A DNA stretch of 64,000 nucleotides. Source: Tubiluchus corallicola (taxonomy: Eukaryota > Animalia > Priapulida). The stretch's first letter is position 1. Each line of letters begins with the position of its first letter. Position numbers and translations under genes: made by a program. Below the pieces are notes generated by a model. That model was not told where the DNA came from and did not search any database. It saw nothing but the letters and a program-made list of their open reading frames with translations. This document shows, piece by piece, positions 49,135-64,000 of the stretch. The DNA lies in the NCBI GenBank assembly GCA_030141605.1, contig JAQGDQ010000972.1, positions 1 to 64,000 on the forward strand, written 5' to 3'.

Positions 49135-49325
49135 AGAGATATGTAAGTTTACAATTTAGTATTAGTCTTGTTCGCTTCTTACAAATTGGGAGTTTTTACA
49201 CTTTATTTTTATTAGATGGATTGTTGCGTGAGGATGACCATAACTGTGTCTAAACGTTGCAGATGTTGTGTCTGAATAAAAACACGTCTTGCCTTAAGTG
49301 GATGCTGGCTGTTATTTTCATTCTG
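49135..49325 (+). mobile_element. Penelope-like terminal-repeat relic with degenerate minimal hammerhead, copy 2
   Basis: TTGC-GTGAGGA-TGACCATAACTGTGTC-TAAACGTTGCAG...AATAAA...TAAGTGGATGCTGG. Homologous to 3635-3840 (-). Confidence 0.55.
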
Positions 49326-50644
49326 AGGGGAAATACAGTATTAAATTCGAGTTTAATGGTGCTTTCAGAGGACTGAAAATCTTGGAGGCAGGACGCAGTA
49401 TCAGCTGTGCTTAAACGTCGCCATTCGACTAGAATAAATAAGATTGGGAAACTTTCTCCCATGGGAATTCGTCTGAGTGACAGATTGCTTACTGTGTTAC
49501 ATTGATGGAATAATAAATGGGCAGGTAGCGATTGTATCATTTACTGAAAAAAACACGGTCGAACTAAAACGTGGACACATTCACGTTTTTCATAATATCG
49601 TAATTTAGAAACTTAAGCTCATAAATACTGCAAGCAATAAAAATGAAGCTGGTCGCGGAACAAGCACATTTCTATACGGATCAGCACATATTCACACGTC
49701 CTTGTGTTGGATAACGCAGCTTTGCAAAGTGTTATGAAGACATTCATTATTAAAAGTGGAAAACACTTCTGACTTCCTCTCGGTATTTTTTGAAACCGTG
49801 ATCAGCCGTAAAGATTCACGATAATGACGATAACACGTCTAACGCTAAGCGCAGTTGCACATGATGACTAACTACTGACACATCTTATCAACTTTGAATT
49901 AAGACATACTTTTTATGATATATAATAAAAAAAATTGAAAAACGTATGTAGTTAATCAATGTCGTCATCGTCATACTATCGCCTATGTCATCGTCATTGT
50001 ACAACTATGTAAAATTAGCAAAAATTATGACATGAACTCAGTCACTGATATAACACGAGCAGACTGATGTTAAGGTAGCAAGTATTAAAAACTAGGAGCA
50101 ATTTTTTGTTTGTTACAACAAGTCCATGAGAAAGTTGAAGCAATAGCTCAACACAATATTTCCCTACAGTATATGTGGCCCCACCACGGGCTTAGAAGTC
50201 CTTATTGTTTTATACTATAAACTGTAGCGTTGCCATCTTGCAGTCACTCATCCATGTAATAGCCAGATACGGCGATTCTTACATTTAGCTTTGCTCTAAA
50301 TTACGAGACTAACGTCTTTCGGTTTAAACAATAGTCAGTGATGGCACGGAAATCTGTTTTTCAACAAACCTTTGTGGCAAACTACATTTTTTACTGAGAC
50401 GTTAACCTAGAAACAAAGTTCTGATAGGGCAGAACTACACATTAGGTCCATTATGGAGGTTAATTTATCCTGCTTATGGCCCCAAAGGAGTAGTTATTTA
50501 CTCTTCAATTAACAGTCTGCTCGCGTCCAAGTTGTACTGCAATTAATGGATAGACACCGGATCAATCCATTCTAATAGTCGTCTCCACAGACTTGTCTTT
50601 GTGTAGAAGCATATAAAGACTCATCTACCGAATAGAGGAAACAT

Positions 50645-50735
50645 ACGTGTACGCGTGTACACATTGTAGTGTACTTAGCATGAGGCGTGTGTACACACTG
50701 TAACAAACTTAGTAAGGACGTGTGTACACATTACG
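50645..50735. repeat. Short tandem repeat, about 33-bp unit x3
   Basis: cg(t/c)gtgtacaca(t/c)t recurs three times, with acttag in the spacers. Confidence 0.6.
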
Positions 50736-53700
50736 GCTCCTGTGTTCCAATGTCCTGCAAGCTGTGCTTGATCAGATAAATATGCATGTAATAATGAAGT
50801 ATAAATATTTGTTCAAATTCACGTTTATTAGATTCTCCATGTACGTGCAGATGGATGGGTGTTATTAATCTCGTACGTTGTAATAATCGCCGATATTTTC
50901 AAAGCCGGAAAAGACAATTAATTTTGATTAATGGTATTAAGCAACGTAATCATGCACTTCAGCGTGCTGTGCAATTCGGTACAGACGCTGGAATAATTTT
51001 ATTATGATTTATCGAGGACATATCTGACGTCATATCTATGTTATTGATTTGAGTAATTATTGTGCTAAAGCATCTATTTTCGTTATTTAATTTCAGTTAT
51101 CTAACAGACACTAAGTATATTGAGTAAGGACAGTTTGGCAAGATGGTTAAGAGCGGTCCTGGGGTGGACAAGTGTTAAAAACGTCCCTGTTGCGCTTGCC
51201 CAACGAGTCTGGCTAATATTATTGGCTATCAATTTGTACTGTATTGCGTACAATACACGTAGTACTTTATAAAGGTGTTTCAGAACCTGTTGAAAGCACA
51301 AAAGTAAGTAAATGTAATCACCAAACAGTTGACAATTTCAAAAACGTTTAAACGTAGTCAGTCTTGGTAATTGTAGAATAACGTATTAGTATTTCAATAC
51401 TTTTTTGATATGCACGATAGAAACCGGAAATAACGAGTTAATAAGACGTTCTGACCCGGAAATTACGTCAAAAACCAATCATCGTCGTGACAAAAATAAT
51501 CTGTGTTTAATAAAATGCACATTTTTAGGGTCATAAAGAAAAACAACGTAGAGCTGGAAAGTAGAAATTTACGTCCAAAGTAAAATAATTGGCATACTAG
51601 CATCTCGAGGTGCACTAATTACATAATAATTTTGAGAATGACTGGTTGAAATATTGAGTTAACTGTTACTCATTCACCTCGTTTAAGTAAATTAATAGTG
51701 AAACAAATGCTTATATATATATAAGTATAAAATATATTAGTATATAAGTATATATAAGCATATAAGTCTTAAATCGAACTGACTTAAATCATCGAATGGC
51801 TTATAATTGTACCTTTTCATATTCTAAACCTATATACATCTACAGGAAAACGCGGAAATGACTGCTGAACGCAGTAATCCTATAATACAGACACGCACAG
51901 GGCAGTAATTACGCCATTGTAAACACAGAACAAAATATAATATGGAATAGATTAATGAAAAAAAGTACCAAATATAGCTTATGACCAACAAAAAACAGAT
52001 ACCTGCTGAGTCATCGTCCCGGTTCTGTATTGCATTGAGCATCAAACTAAATAAACACTATTCTGGACAGTTATTTTGTTGTGAAATATTGCTGATTCAT
52101 GAAGGCTTTAACGGATCTTATTATTTGTATAATCAATTTCGTCAAAATCCTTGTTTGCGTCACTTAAACTCTATGCAATCAAACTTGCAGGATTCACAGC
52201 AGTGTACCGGTACTGCCCCACACTGAGTATCATTTACCTTTAGCGACAGCATCCCTTCTTCCACACAAAACTCAGGAAGAACCTTGAACATCATTCTAAT
52301 TGTCTTTGTTAAATCCTTGACAGTACAGTTGACAGAATAAAGCACTATTCACACGCTAGTACGCAAACTACTAAACGTCCCTGACAAAACGGTTTGTAGA
52401 TTATAAAAACTGTTCACACACTACAGTTTCAACAAACTGTCTGACATCCTCAAACTGACGGTTAATTCGGTTAGCTATTAATTACTAGAATCTACCTTGT
52501 TACCTGTATTATTTTAACTTCCTTGTTCCACCTCAAGTGGATGCGTATTACATGCGTAGGTTACGCAGCATAGATATCGAGTTGTTACGCCTGGTGATTG
52601 TAAACAATCTCGCGCGTGACTAACGTTTGTTTTGAAACTTTAAATGCATGGATACTTGTACTGATAGCTTCATTAATGTTATTAGAGAAAAAATACAAGA
52701 AAAACTGAAAAATCTTATCATGTTTTCAATCAAGGAACTGATTTAGGAACCAGTCAATTCAGATTAAAAATGTTTTTGATCAAACTGGCAATTATTAATG
52801 ATTGCTGCCTAATTTTATGATGAAGAGCTTGTTGATCGCTAGCAGTGCCATTAAATTCAATGCAGTTCTTGCAATTATACCACTTTATTAGATCATGTAC
52901 TTAAGGTAAGAGGTTACTTCGTATGTTTTCTTGTTGAGCGTTTAGTACCAGCATACTCTTGGCAACAGCACTAGTGCCAACAAAGCAGCAGCAGCAGCAG
53001 CAGTAGCAACGTAGGCAGCGATAGCAGCAGCAACAGTAACAAAAATAAACCAAACAATTGAAACAAGGTTCTTCGAAGTTCAAGTAGACCTCAAAGCTAA
53101 GACTTAGGTTTAAACCACTCGGCCACTAAGATTAGAATAGATACAAATTTCAAACAATGTCTTGCATCTACAGTGAATCCAAGAGTTGCAGCGTATTCAT
53201 ATTTGCATTTAATTTCATTAATTTTTAGTAAATTCAGTTTTGAGAATGCTATCCTTACGCTATACTAGTTGTTTTTGTTAAGAATTTGTTTTCGGACTCA
53301 TTTGATGTGCGCATTAATATACATTCCAATGAACGATTTTAAGTTTTTTCTTCCGGAAAAGAAGTTTTCATTTTTCATTGAATGGCGCCACTGTTTTTGA
53401 AAATGCGGGCAACGATATACTATTCTATTATTTTATCATAACAATAGATATTGCCATTGCGAATTTTATGTTTAAATTAACGTGACTGTGATATTACACA
53501 ATTTTAGGACATCCAGCTGAATACTCAGTCTTTTTGTTGCGAATAGACTGCCTATCTTTGACTAATTAAATTAGCTATCGCCTGTAATTAAATTTATAAT
53601 CAGACGAAAAATTACTGGGCTGACATTTTAAAATGTCTGCCTCCAGTATCAATGCGTCGTCATAGTAAATTTTAGCGCGTTGTTAAGGAAACCCCCGGAG

Positions 53701-54237
53701 ACATACAAGTCAGTAATAATAAAATTCTGCGGATGATTTAATTAAAGAAAACATCACAAACAAATTACAAAAACCCACAATGTAGGATCAATAGGAATGT
53801 CCTACCACCCTAAAATGAACTACAACGTTATTTTTCACAGAAAGTTTTATAAACACATTACTCTGATTATTTTTTATTATGGACCCCAATAGCGTAAACA
53901 GTGAAAATTAATGAAAATAACAATACCTGCTTTGCTGCTTTTGTACGATTTTGGTTGATATTTTGTCACGCGTTCGAATGTATCCTGAGACATTTCAGTT
54001 AGTGATTACAGGTCTTCTTAATGATTAAACCAATTAGGATGTTACAAGCAATAATTATTTCTGCAGAAGGCTGAGACCAAATTAATGGGGCTTGCTAATT
54101 ATCAATGATCACCTGTTACCTTTTATGGAACAGATATAACGCATTTCCCTAATCACAGAATAAAAAAAAACTGCATGTGAGCAGTATAATCTGCCATTGT
54201 CGGAGTTTGTTATGCCTTGCATGGGTTCCTATGTCTT

Positions 54238-54463
54238 GAGTTGGGTGGTCGAGTGGCCTAGATTTCAGACTGCAACCACGCAGTCTTGAGTTCGAAACTA
54301 GCGGCTGTCCACATCAGGACTTATCCCTGCATGTTATTCGTTATTTGTGTGTTACGTCCTTACCTGTTTTGTTGTAAGTGAAAGTTGCTAAATAACAGTT
54401 AGTGGGTAATGTTGTCTGTTAAAATGAGCGACTGTAAATAAAAGTTGTCTTTGTCTTTGTCTT
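54238..54463 (+). mobile_element. tRNA-derived SINE (about 225 bp)
   Basis: A box TGGTCGAGTGG (54246), B box GAGTTCGAAAC (54288), AATAAA and a (TTGTCT)3 tail. The left flank also ends in TGTCTT. Confidence 0.7.
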
Positions 54464-55339
54464 CTCCATGATATATCTTCAGTGAAAAATAGAAAAGGCA
54501 AGACGTGACATGTAGATATTACAGATAAATACACTTAAAGCATAAGTATTGATCTATTACGTAACATATGATAATCAAAATAATTACAGTATTTACCCAA
54601 GTGTTTCCTAGGAAAGAAGAAGGTTTGGATTCCAGTCCACCTTAATTTAAAACAACGTTGGTATCTGTTTCAATTCAAATTTTTTAAACCATCAAGATAT
54701 GTATTTCAGAAGACCATGCCAACCAGTACCAACACATGTAAGTCCAACCTTCTGCCAAAGTCCATCGCGTTCATGTGGTGTATAATAATTATAGTTCAGA
54801 GTCAAAATTTTCTACGTTTGCAAAAAGAACAAGTGACGTCATCACGGACCGTTGTGGGTTAAGTAGGTATCACCTAAGCTTATAGCAAAACGGTATAAAT
54901 CTTGACATACTAAACCTACATCTTGAAGAGCACTCTAGTAAAATTCATCAACACTTGAACACCACTCGAAGACATGTGACTGTCAAGAGCCAATAAATCT
55001 CCTTTAATGTGGGCGACTTTTGCGGCCAACTGACGCACGCTTGGCAATTTTTGAACAAAGTAAAAGAAAACGAATGGTCCTGAAATGTTTGTTTTTTCAT
55101 TGTGTGCACCACTCTGGGCATGACAGAGGAACATTGGAGGAGATTCTAAACTGAGCAAACTTTGAAGATCCTACTATGAACTAAACACACAATGTAGAAG
55201 GAATTTTGAATCAGGCGCCTATTTTAACGTGCACTGCACCTGTTTTAGAACAACGACGATGTGTTAAAACGACAATCAAACTTAATAATGCCATTATGAT
55301 TAGTGTGTATTACATATGGATACTGCCACAGTAGGTATG

Positions 55340-55462
55340 GTGTCGTTGTCGTTGTCTTTGTGGCTGTGGCAGTGGTGGTAGCTGTCGTTGGTGTTGTTGT
55401 TGTTGTTGCCGTTGTCGTTTCGTTGTCGTCGTTGTCGTCGTTGTTGTTGTTCCTGCTGCTGC
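55340..55462. repeat. (GTT/GTC/GTG)n trinucleotide tract
   Basis: Directly visible. Confidence 0.9.
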
Positions 55463-58400
55463 TTTTAAAGAAAAAAGTAGGGATGATACCAACCAAAACG
55501 TTAGTAAATTACAGTTGCATTTAATTGTCAAGAGTGACGGTCGGACGAAACTGGCATCTTTGACGAGTGACGAATTCATAAGCGACAGAAAGCATTACAG
55601 ACACATTTCATGGACGATTTTTTTATTTTGGGACAATAATTACAGTGCTGTGCAAATTAATGAGGATTGCAATGAACGGCAATGCTGACTTTCAGCACGA
55701 CAGCATAAGATTTGCAAATGTTGAAGCTTCAAACTTATGAGATCACACTGATGTACGGTTTAAACGTCAATTTCACGTTATTTGACCATTAAACAAGTTT
55801 TCCTTGGTGACGAATCCAGCATTCTCCCCCGCCTCAACACGTGTGTTAGTGTATCAGAATTGTTTAATCTCATTCATATGGCGAAGTACTGCATTTTAAC
55901 ACTAATGCCACTCAAACCGAGACGATAAGCCTATCATCCCAAGCTAACATTTATATTTTGTTTTACAAGGCTTATTACTTTTAATATACTGAAAAATAGA
56001 TGAAGGACTCAGTGTGGACTTGTGTTCATATGGACTTAATATGAATAAGTCAATTAAAATATGCCATATTCACAATATCACCGAAAACAAAAAGAAAATA
56101 TTTAAGGTTAATGAATAAATATCTAAAAATGATATAAATAACAAAAGTGCATTAAATTCTCAATATAAGTCTATAGCTTTTAGTACATTTGAAGTTTTGA
56201 TAATTAGGCTAAAGTTCAGTGGATAGCATCCTCAAGCGAGGTGATCTGAAACCTCGACCTTATTCATGCTGTTTTGCAACAAACATTACATGGTAGTAAA
56301 ATGCGCATAATTTGGGGGACTTTCGCACCATCCTGCAACCATTAACATGTTGTTAAGATTCAGCTCGACAAAGAACTTTTATTACAGTCTAAATAGTTTC
56401 AAAGCGCTGGGCCTTTTCAAAATATGTGGATTACTGTTACGCGGGGTTCCAGACGATTATTCGTTACTCTAAAAAAATTATACCATGTGTTTTTATGCGG
56501 GTATTTGGACACAATACAAGTCGCTATCCGGCGCATTACTTAATGCATATAGGCGCGGTGGGACCGGGACCTTTTTTATTATCGAAAATAATTCTCTGTG
56601 ATGAGATAGAGCGGACAGAGGTGTTTCAGAGTGCCGTCGTTCAACTATGAGCCCTTCTTGGATCGGCATTCTAAATGATAAACTAATGGAAGAAACTAAT
56701 AAAGATTGGCTTAATTCTGTGTGAGAGATGGGAATAAAAGTTATTGAATTAAATTTTAAACGAACATTAAAAATTATAAAATTATGCTAGTGACAGATTT
56801 GGGTATCCTTAGAAAAAATGAACAAACTAAGACAGTTTAGACAGAGATTAATAGCGAACCGAAATCACATTTCAGCAAAAACAGTCGAAAAGTAAAAGAC
56901 GCGTGAAAATGTTGAAGGTTATTTTGTTCATCAACGCACGCCGAGTTTCTGTCACCAAACAGTTCGCAAAAGAGTAAAATGCAATAGTGACGACATGAAT
57001 TTCTGAATTAAAAGTTACGTTTGATAAATGCAGTAGAGGCAATTTTACTTTAAAAGGCTATGATAACGATTACTAAGTTAACTGATGTTAAATATTATGA
57101 GATTTCAGGATTTCAGAATTTGTTACTTGAAGTCAATTTATGCTTTATCTCAGGTTTGTATGTTTAGAGAAATTTTGAATTTCTTCTAAATAGGTTAATA
57201 TTCTGCAACAGTTGCGTCAACTGCAGCAAAAACTCTATTTTCTTACAGGAATGACAGAAGACTTACCACATTCATTGTAAAATAGACAGAGTTGAGTGAC
57301 TCTAACTTTATTTACGCCCACATAAAGTCAATAGCGCGCGGGCTCCAACACACGTCCATCATAGAAATAGAAAGGAAACACATTGAATAGAAAAGAAAAA
57401 CACTTTTTACACACAAAAACTGGCCACTAGTTGTCTGAAAATCTCTCAGTAAATGCTTTACGTAAACATGCAAACCCTCGACCGTTTTGGATTATAATAA
57501 CCACGTCTTAAGAGCGATTTTTATTAACCCGCGGTGAACGCTTTGGGTCATTTGAACCCCGATTCAGTTTTCTTAGTTTTGCAGACTTTCAAAGATTAAG
57601 CCCACGGATAAGTTAGTTTTTCGCTCAGGGTACGCAACACATTTCAGGGCGACTTTCAAAAAACAAATGTACATAAAAATGAACAGTGTTAACAAAAATG
57701 CCGCGTAGACACTACATCCGTTTACACTTCCGGTACACGTGGACTGCGTAAATTGAAGTCATTACTTCCATAATGGCTAGGGGCGTGCAAATCAACGATG
57801 GACGAAACTTGAATAACCGATTAACTGATAATTGATGGACAAACAATTTTAGAATCAAGCAGATTTAATTTGGATTCTGAGCAAGTTTTCGCTATCAGCT
57901 CTAGGACGCCTCGATTTTGTACAGTGCTGAGATCCCTTCTCTCATGGCCAGAGTTACCCCAGCCATGTGCCCGTTGAAAAGTTTTCTTTTCACTGCGACG
58001 GTATCACACAGCGCTATTATGCTTGCATTTGAATAAACGTTCTGTCCCCAAGGCTACTGTTTCATAATTCTGGAAACATTTTTTTTCATAAAGGAGAGTG
58101 CAAGAAAGAGCAGAGGATATGCAGTCGTCCGTTTTTAGCGTGGAGTTCAATGGTGCTGTACCTGCTGATCGAGCATGCATTGAGTTAGTTAAAAATACAG
58201 TATTTTAAAGTAGTGCAAAATTTATACTACGACACATGTATGAGTCTCCTTTGAATGACACCTTCAAATGATTCATTTTATAAATCAAAATTGTAAAGTA
58301 TGTATTGTCACTAACAGAGGGCAGCACATATTGCATTGTTCTCCGACTGCATCAGCGAGTACTGAGTAGTTTAGTGTTGTGAAAAACAGAACGGCATGGC

Positions 58401-61400
58401 TGCGATAATGTGAAAGTTGTTATTATAGTTTAGTTTATTAGTGTTTAATAATGTTGCTGTTTCTTTCAAGTCATTAAATTGCGATATTAATGTGTCTTTG
58501 ATGACGTACATTAGGAACATTACAAAAATATTCACTGCATAGTTCTGAGGCTTAACTTAACCGAAGTTTAATAAAAAACAGACGCACTGTCATTATTATT
58601 TGCTTATATCTTTGGCAGATAAGAGCATTTAAGCATTAATGAAATACTTTGGAATCAGAATCTAAAAAGCGACTTTAAGAAGCATATCTCTATTAGTGAA
58701 AACGCAGGCCACCCCAAAACCATAATAGGATTTAATTGATACATTTTATGAAAAATCATTAATAAAAACTGCTATTTACATGTGCAAGATTTATTTAAAA
58801 TCACACATGGCAATTTTTCGAACTTTTGCCTCCTCAAAATAGATTACGAAATAAAAGCTACCCAAAATAATAATTAATTTTGTTTAATTAAGAACTATGC
58901 AATTATTAAAACTAATTCTTAACGGTGAATAATTTATGAAATAGCTATGCTGTTTCAGCGTAGCTATTACTACACAAAAGTGATAGTAATAAATAAGCAA
59001 TTATTAAACTAAGTATTAACACAGTAAATGTAGCCCTGATTGCAAACAGTTTGCTGGTTATGGGACATGGTACTATTTAGTTCACAGTGCACCCACATAG
59101 ATAAAATGTTTACGGATGACTATTATAAAGAAGGTGAATTAGGACAATTTTACGCCTGTTTTGTCGTGACAAGAGTGACTAAGTAGCGCTGCCTTCTTCA
59201 CTATAAAATCTATTTTTGTCTTACGAGGTATAAAAACTTCATGAACTTTTGAACTTCTCTAACGCCCACCGAGTCGCATGTTCGTTACAAAAGTCGTAAA
59301 ACTCAAAAAAAGGTCCAGTTACTGGCTAATCATTCAGGGCAACACAATCGACCAAACGCTACACCTAACTTTCAGTAGCACATCGTTTTGCAACTGAAGC
59401 AGCATGACCAAAAACACAGCAGCGTGGCGTCATCTATTAGAGGAAAAGTGAAACACGCAGGAAAATTGGTATAATTCGTTAAACGTGTCATTTGCGCATT
59501 TAAATTAACATTCGTAATTGCGAAAGGGAAAATTGTAAAGAGAAATGATAATGTTATCAAAGGAAATTAAAATTTCGTACCAACGACTGTTCAGTTTAAA
59601 TAACAAATTACAAAAACCTTTTCTATTGATAGAACAAGTTGACGCGTGGGTGCGCTTTTGTAAGAAAAAAACAAAACGTGTACACAAAAAACATTATGTA
59701 GTGCAGCATTATTACAATTTCTACATAGCAATATCTGATCAAAAGTGTGAGGTGTCATCATAGGTCTTGATTTATGGAGTACATGACCTTGTTAACATTA
59801 TTATTTGACTTGGACTATCAAAAATATTATTAGTACGCACATACACGTAAACACAAGCACACATACACGCACAATCTCTTCACACACATACACCCTTACA
59901 TGCTTAAGAATTCACCAGGTCAAGCACTACATCATTCACATCACGCAATGTATTTTGACGTGTTTCGGCATCGTAAATAAGTCTTGATGAGCAATTTTCA
60001 AATTTTAATGAATTCAATATCAAAAGCATTTAGGTTAAATATTTACTCGTAGCACAATAACTAGCTTTGCATTAAATAGCAATACAAAGGCTGTTACAAG
60101 TCTGCTGTTTTATCTTTTCAATTGACATATATACATACTTAGCTGCCTTACTTAAATTAATTCAGAGTTGATGTCAGTAGATGTTTTACCTAGGTCATGC
60201 TTGATTCATATCAACAGTAACCAGAATAACATGATTAAATTTTAATAAGGCGAAAGTTTATGCCAGAATTGTCAGCTGAAATTGAGAATAATTATTACTG
60301 ATTTTACCGATTTTCAACCAAAACTGTGCGTGGCGGTAGTACTTTCAGTCTCCGGAACAGAACAGCAATAATAATAAAATTCTTAATAAAAACTTAGCAT
60401 CCTTCGGAAGACGATTGTAAATGTTTAGTTATACGCTCAATTTGAAATCCTTTCTGGAAAGTACTAATTTATTAGAGTAAACAAAAATAAAGTAAATAAT
60501 TTTGAAGTTATAAAAGTTCAGAAGAAACAAAAGAGAATAAAATAGTAACGGTCACCAAGAAGGTATGAGCTTCGTCCTCCATCCCTCTGGCAAGTAATTT
60601 ATGACTGCATTTAAGTATAATATCTGACAACTCCATGTTTCCGCTCTCGTTTCCGCTCTCGTTCTCACTGAGACTTGAAAACGGAGAGCCTTTTCAGACA
60701 TGCTCTTAGAACCCTCTTCTGTTAGCAACTTGTTACCTTTTTTAACCTATTTCATCTTCAGAAAATAAAGTATGGCAGCAGGAACTTGCTTACAACAACT
60801 TCTTAAGCAAAACCTTTTCGTTTTCTTTCTCTTAAATCATGTTCTTTTTTGAACACTTTGTTAAAGAGATTGGGTATTCCTGGGAGCTTACTGCATAAAC
60901 TTATAACATAACATTAACATTATGGTGACGTGTACACTGTACTAACCTGCCTCCGCCGGGTTTGAAATTTCAGCCCGATTGCGATTCGATGCTGCAGCAT
61001 AAAATTATACTTTACATGGAAGAAACTTTAATTTCTTAGTCTTTTAAATTAACTCCATATATGCTAAATGTTTATCAAAGGCAGAAAGATTAAAAACACA
61101 ATTCTTAAACAAGAATACCACAATAATGGTCTACACACACAATAAGCAGCACGCTGAAATTTTGCACTGCACTTACGCACAGTTTGCATTTTATAGAATC
61201 AACAAGTAATAATATAATTTTTGGTCTCTATTTTTGTTAGGTATCTTACTAACAAAGCAGCACGATTTGCGGCAATTATTTTTCATACTCCAGAGTCTTC
61301 GGGCAAGAAAGAACATTTTAGAAATTTTTTTTTACGGGAATTTCGGGCAAGCCCATGCACCGCTTAATGACATGCTTATAATGAAATCTACAAATTTTAC

Positions 61401-64000
61401 GTCTTTTAAAGAAAATTTTCTTCATTATGTATAGCCTTGCCGTTATCAGCCTCATGAAAATAAGTGCAACTTTACCATTTATTAAACCATTAGGCAACTT
61501 AAAAGAGACAAAAAATAACCTTAACAGAAGCATTCTACATCGAAACAAAGGAACCACATATATGTGGTATAATGGTTAAGGCACAATAAACAAACACATA
61601 CAACAGAGCAACATACATACATATCATAAACTTAATATTATTACAGTTAGTTAGTCAGTCAGGTTGCTTGCACTAAGTTATCTCAGTCCGGCCTATCTTC
61701 AAATATCTTGTGGACCAATCTAGCATTAATTTTAATAACTCCTACATCTTGTGACGCATTTAAAAACACGAATTTCTCATTAGGAGACATAATAATGAAT
61801 GTTAGGAGAAAATCAGAAAAAATACAAAAACATTCCTCTCTTGTATGAGCTTACAGTGAGCATTCAGTAATTACATGCTGTTGTTGTTGTTTTAATCGCA
61901 CTGTAAACAGTACGATGCAGTGCGCATATGCAATACAGTAACTCAAAAGTTGAATAAACCACACAAACTTTTCAGGTATGAAACGAAGGAACCACCCATT
62001 TTCTGACACAAGCTTGTTAAATTTCCCTGATGCAAAGGACTAGACTGTCACCAATACGTTTGCATGTCATTTACCAGAATTCTATGCATTGATTCCAATG
62101 ATTGATTGACTGATTACAGTGTAGCCACCAGTTCGCTGATGGCAAAACCAGTATGTCTGTGAGGTTTTAAGCGGTTCAAGAAACTTAAATTTATAGCTTA
62201 CTCGGTTTGTGTACTCACAAAATGCCCGACAATAAACTTATTACATGTCGTTGGGTTTAACCAGGCACTGTACTGCTATTATTATCAACCTGTTTCATTG
62301 TACCTTAATGCGTAATTTGACAAATAATAATCACCAATCATATAGAATTTTATGATGTTTCTTACCATTACACTAGTTCGCAGATCAACCAATGTTTTAA
62401 TACTTTGCCTTGTTATCGTTAAATTTGGGTTGAACAGTCTGCTTTACCTGGGCCGTCAAACTTTTGGAGACATAATTTTAACGTTGTCTATAGATTTATA
62501 TCCACATAGTGAGTTGTTTAAAACTGTTACGTAGTTTTAATAGCTGTCTTTTACGTAAAATTGTAAAATTTTGAAGTACACATTCAATAATTTCAAAGCA
62601 GCGATAAATTTTCGACCGATATGTTATGAAAATAACTGAAAATAGTAGCCATCCAAGAAGAAAATTATTAGTAAGCAAGCGTTACACAGTAAAGAATGCA
62701 GTCACAGTCACTATCAGATTTTTCAACGTTGTTCTTAATATGAGCATCAGCAGTAATTAGCTACACACTGACCAGGCGTGTGAGATGAACAAACTGAAAA
62801 ATTTCACAGATGCCCGTTTTTTAAGGATGTCCGCAATCGTCGGCACTTTAAGAAGTCGGCAGTACACAGTTACAAGGTAATAATATTAAGATGGTACAAA
62901 GACAAGTGCCTCTATCTTCAGTTACATTGTTTGCACTCGTGAGTGTCGTGCAAATATTGAAAAATCACCCAGCGGTGTGATTAAAAACACGTCACACAAT
63001 CAAAATCCCATAGAGGAAAGACGTTGTATAGGCACAGCTAAGCGCGATAATAATCTTTAAATTTCAATTTAGCACTTTTGCCTCAAAGCTTTGCGACTGT
63101 ACAAGTTTCGCACGGTCGTACCGCGTCGTTCTCTGTTTTTGATTAGTTTGACAAGTTTCCAAATATTAGAAATTCGTCACCGGAGTACACACAACGCTTG
63201 CATAGTAACCAAATAAGCAAAGTTCATACGGATCACATGAGATATAATCAGGGTCAGTTGTACACACCTGGTCAACACGGTGTTTAACTCTAATGGTATA
63301 GCGCTAAGCTCTTTCTGATCAAGCACACACCTCTCTTCGAACTCAGAGCAATTTGTTTCTTTACGCTGAGTGATCTCGGCGGTGGTGAGTGAGCACTCGA
63401 TGGAGGAAAGCAGAACGAGGGAGGGAGTGGATCTAGTTACTGGGTCTCTTTTGCGAACAAACAGCTCCACACTATGAGAAATCTGACAAAACAGACCGGC
63501 ATATGAAACAATCTTGTACAAATAGTTCTTTCTTCATTTTCTTAACACTTTCAGTGAAAGGCACAAACTAAAGAACTAAGACTTAGCATCGCCCTCAAAC
63601 ATGACCTAAGGTTCTGCTGTGTGTGGTTGATTTCTACCTGTATTTTACCAGCAGAATAGGCCGAGATTTCGAATGCTTGAACTACTTGACGTGACGGATG
63701 GTAAAGATAACATTCTGCTAATGGAACGTGTCAGAAAAATGCGAGCCAGCAGGAGAACACGATGATTGGGATGATAATTCAGGTTCAGAGATTTTACTAT
63801 GCGTCAAAGTTAAGCTTTCGAATGTGGAAACGTATATATACCCTACATACTTGTGTTCTTAAAGGATTGAGGTCTACCACATACGGCAACTGCTGAAGAA
63901 CTTTCACTTCATGTTAATAATTTACTGCATTTTTATTATTTAAGTTTAAATCCTTCTGTGTACTAACTGTGTACTAGCAACAAACTAGACTAGACAATAA

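Noticed and set aside
63177-63521. 114-aa minus-strand ORF in a GC-richer patch
   Set aside because: Non-ATG start, no recognisable domain or splice support; possibly a TE ORF1 remnant.

Overview
Eukaryotic, AT-rich, intron-containing DNA, probably from an invertebrate animal. No bacterial-type operons or CRISPR are present. Main contents: (1) the last seven exons (10-6876, +) of an ADAM/reprolysin metalloprotease gene. Assembled on GT-AG sites, it has metalloprotease end, disintegrin and Cys-rich domains but no EGF, transmembrane or cytoplasmic part, and ends in a 4-heptad acidic coiled coil. (2) A minus-strand region (about 9.98-15.53 kb) of small, secreted-looking, partly decayed coding segments, including a neuropeptide-precursor-like exon with repeated GR sites. 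(3) A full-length, recent Ty3/Gypsy LTR retrotransposon (16869-25877) with ATAT TSD, about 99% identical LTRs, a tRNA-Leu PBS carrying a 3-nt insertion, and several 1-nt frameshifts. (4) A single-coding-exon RASSF9/10-type gene (42651-44423, -). (5) Many small TE relics: hammerhead-like Penelope-type ends, a hAT MITE, a solo LTR, tRNA- and 5S-derived SINE pieces, LINE fragments, and micro/minisatellites. All calls come from reading the sequence by eye; no database search was run.
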